Shown here in pieces: positions 61,085 to 64,000 of a DNA stretch of 64,000 nucleotides. Origin of the DNA: Neoconidiobolus thromboides FSU 785 (lineage: Eukaryota > Fungi > Entomophthoromycota); the NCBI GenBank assembly GCA_025603075.1, contig MU626260.1, positions 62,001 through 126,000 of the forward strand, read 5' to 3'. Below the pieces are notes generated by a model. It was not told where the DNA came from and searched no databases. It worked only from the letters and a program-made list of their open reading frames with translations. The translations under genes were made by a program, and so were the position numbers. Each line of letters begins with the position of its first letter. Positions within the stretch are counted from its first letter, which is position 1.

Positions 61085-62229
61085 ATGAATAAAACGGGTA
61101 TTATAAAAGAAGAAAATTTAGATTTCTGTACTTTTCGTAATAAATCTCTCCTCTTTAATGAAATAAAAAAAGTGATATCAGATAGTATAAAGCTAGTGAG
61201 CTTGATTGTAATATTTTATCTTTTAAAAATTTAAGTAATTTCTTTAGTTACATCGACCCAATCCAGAACATCGATTAAAAGGGTTAGAACAATTACATAA
61301 ATTAATATCCGATTTAAGTAAAGATAATACCAAAGTAGCCAAGCTGGCATTTGAAGCTACTCAATTAGATGAGCAATTGTTGTGTAAGAAAAAAAGTAGT
61401 ATTAATTTTTAAACTTAATTAAACAAATAAATTTTTAGTGACCAACAATTTATGTAATTTATTGGATTCAAATCCACCTTGCACAACATTGGGAATAGGT
61501 AACTTAGTTTAATATGACTATTTTTTATTTGTTAAAAATTGTTAATAATTTTATCAACTCTATTTAATACTGTCATTAATAATAGAAGCAAAGACATATT
61601 GGACTCAACAAACGGAAAAATGTTTACTAATATTACAAGGCATTGTTTGTTTTTGTCCAGAAGTTAGTGAGTATTTTTTAAATTTAGCTAATTTTAAGGT
61701 AAACTATATTTTATTTTATTATATAATATCAATCACAGTAAAAATATTTTAACTTTTAATAATAATAAATTAGGTTATTATTAATTTAATCTGCTGTGAA
61801 AACTTCCAAATCGCTATGGATGCATTGGAAACAACGCAATGTATATTAGCTATTTCACCAGAACATATTAGGGTATAAATTTTAATTGAATACTGAATTT
61901 AGATATTAATTGACTTTTTTGATAGAGCTTTGAAGAAGCAAATGGAATTCAAGAAATTTTGTGTTTAGTTAAAAAGAAAAAGAGTCAAACTGAGTTGAGG
62001 TAAATTAATATTGAATATTATACAGCAGTTAAGTAATATTAATATTAATACGGTTTTAATTAGATGGAAAACGTTAGAATTTTTATTTTTTTATTTATTA
62101 CCTGAACATGACCGTAGTCAAAAAATGGATCAATCTTTGATCAAAAGCAGTGAAGAAAAGCAAGAATTCATTGCTCAATTACTAGGTCAAGTATTTGTTA
62201 ATGAATTACAAAAAATCTTTTCATTTTAA
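61085..62229 (+). CDS. cdc14: Septation-initiation-network Cdc14 (S. pombe Sid1 partner; not the Cdc14 phosphatase), multi-exon
   Basis: Exons give LLILQGIVCFCPE, RSFEEANGIQEI, KTLEFLFFYLLPE, KSSEEKQEFI. These match the recalled CDC14-family pattern LIQGVLLLHP / TFEELDGL / LVEFLYFYLMPE / TEEKQ. Confidence 0.65.
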
Positions 62230-62467
62230 AAAAGAAATTCAGTTTTTTTAATATCTTTTATTCTTCTCTTTTGTTACCTTCTTTTCTTTCCACTTTTTTC
62301 TAATTAATACTCCCTATCCTGTTAATCCTCTTATTGTTTTTTAGATCTTTTTTAGAGCTTATTGCTCGATTCAAATTTCAATTTTTTAAATTGTTCAACT
62401 TCAATAAGGAAATAAACAATATAAAAAAGACGAAATCCTTTAATTTTATTTCACTTTATCCAAAAAA

Positions 62468-64000
62468 TTAAATTTCAGCCCAACGTTTCATAAAATCCAA
62501 GATACAATTTTTAGCTTTGATAATATTTAAGATTCTTAATCTTTCATTAGCTAAATGCGCTTGATCGGAAGCTTGTCCCATTGGATAATGTAATGCTGGC
62601 GCTTTAAAATGAGTTTCCAACCATGGTACAGTGGGAATGGAACCACCTTCTCTTATATTTATAGGGGAATAGTTCCATTCCTAATAAAGTAATATTTAAT
62701 AACATTATCAATTTGTATCTATTATTGCTAGCTTACCTTCTTAATAACTTCCCTCATTAAATTATATGAATTATTGGATTTATCACCTAACCACCAATTG
62801 GAACTTTGTCGAATTGTAATCTAATTGATATTATTTGTTCAATTCACTATCTTATTGAATAAAAATTATTTCTTTGTTACCTCAATTTTATTTTTACTAT
62901 TTAATTGTGAAAATAGTTTTTCAATAAATTCAATAAAACTTTGACTAATAGCATTAATATCTTGATCCGGCACAATTCTCATGGATACATCCGCTCTTGC
63001 CCAATTCGGTATCACAGTACTATGTGTTTTAGGTCCTGAAGAATCCATTTTATGGATGGTGAATGTAGGCTCACGCCATTGTTGTTGTATATTACTTATA
63101 TTCACTTTTTTGTTTTGTTCGATTTTACTAGAATTATTTAAGTTAATATAAAATCTTAAGACGAAATAACAAATAGCAAAATTTACTTAAATATTTCAAT
63201 TAACTCTTTATATTCTTCCGACTCTTCATCAGTTATTTCTCTTACTTTAGCATAAAATTCTATTTATTATTATTATTATTATTGTTAGGTATTAAATATT
63301 TATAATTATTACCAGGTATTAAAACCTTATTATCTTTATCACTAATTAATTTCGATAATAAATGGGTAAGATCAATCAATGGCTCTGCAATAACTCCACC
63401 ATAGACCCCAGAATGAGAATCGTTTTGATTATTATATATCTAGTTAATGTTATTAATGTTAGTATTATATCATATTAAGTTACCTTGATAGAAGCATGAA
63501 TTACACCTCTTAAACCATAAGTTAAACAGGGAATGCTCTCTCCCAACCAATAAGAATTACTATTTTAAAATCATTAAAATTATTATATTTTTTATACTTT
63601 TTTTTTACCTTAATAAAATTAAATCAATGTTTCCAAGTAAATTAGAGATAGAAGCTACCGATTCATAAAATCCAATACTACCGGACTCCTCTTCTCCTTC
63701 AATTAAAAAGTGAACATTACTTTTTAATTCTTTTTTCTTAAATAAATTAAAGATCGAAAATATCATTGTAATTATTGGTCCTTTATTATCTGTGATTCCT
63801 CGTCCGTATAAATATCCGTCTTTACCTATTTTTTTATATTAATATTGTATTATTATTATTATTTGAATTATTATATAATTAATAAATTACCATTTAGTAT
63901 AAATGGATTGTTATTATCCCAATCCTTAGGATTGGCAGATACTACATCGTAATGGCCATAAAATAATAAATTTTTAACTATATCAGTATTAATAGTGTTA
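62468..64000 (-). CDS. DUG2: M20 di/tripeptidase, Dug2/Dug1-like, 3' part (5' part beyond the window)
   Basis: GHYDVVSA, YLYGRGITDNKGPI, LIEGEEESGS, TYGLRGV, DSHSGVYGG, WREPTFTIH, IREGGSIPTVPWLE, GQASDQAHLANER. Confidence 0.8.

Overview
This is an AT-rich, gene-dense eukaryotic window with short (mostly ~35-80 nt) GT-AG introns. The gene set and style suggest an early-diverging fungus, plausibly Zoopagomycota/Entomophthoromycotina (inference only). About 23 protein-coding loci were assembled by hand from ORFs and splice signals. Housekeeping and trafficking genes: RPL9, eIF4E, COX10, SEC7/BIG Arf-GEF, divergent HSE1/STAM, F-BAR RhoGAP, ZDS1, RPS4, M28 membrane peptidase, RER2, SIN-type Cdc14, DUG2-like. 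Enzymes and regulators: monoglyceride-lipase-like hydrolase, HapX-like bZIP, DHCR24, kynurenine-formamidase-like hydrolase, TMEM94/ERMA, hemerythrin-like protein. Secreted or orphan: a tyrosinase with a Tyr/Lys repeat tail, a pair of small 6-Cys paralogs, and two orphans. There is one tRNA-Phe. The intergenic DNA holds at least 13 copies of a ~105-bp MITE-like element whose CpGs are systematically decayed, plus a pogo/Fot1 transposase relic. The best leads are the MITE family and its methylation footprint, the tail-to-tail 6-Cys secreted pair, and the tyrosinase that may carry its own cross-linkable substrate. All family calls come from recalled motifs, not database searches, and exon boundaries are manual.
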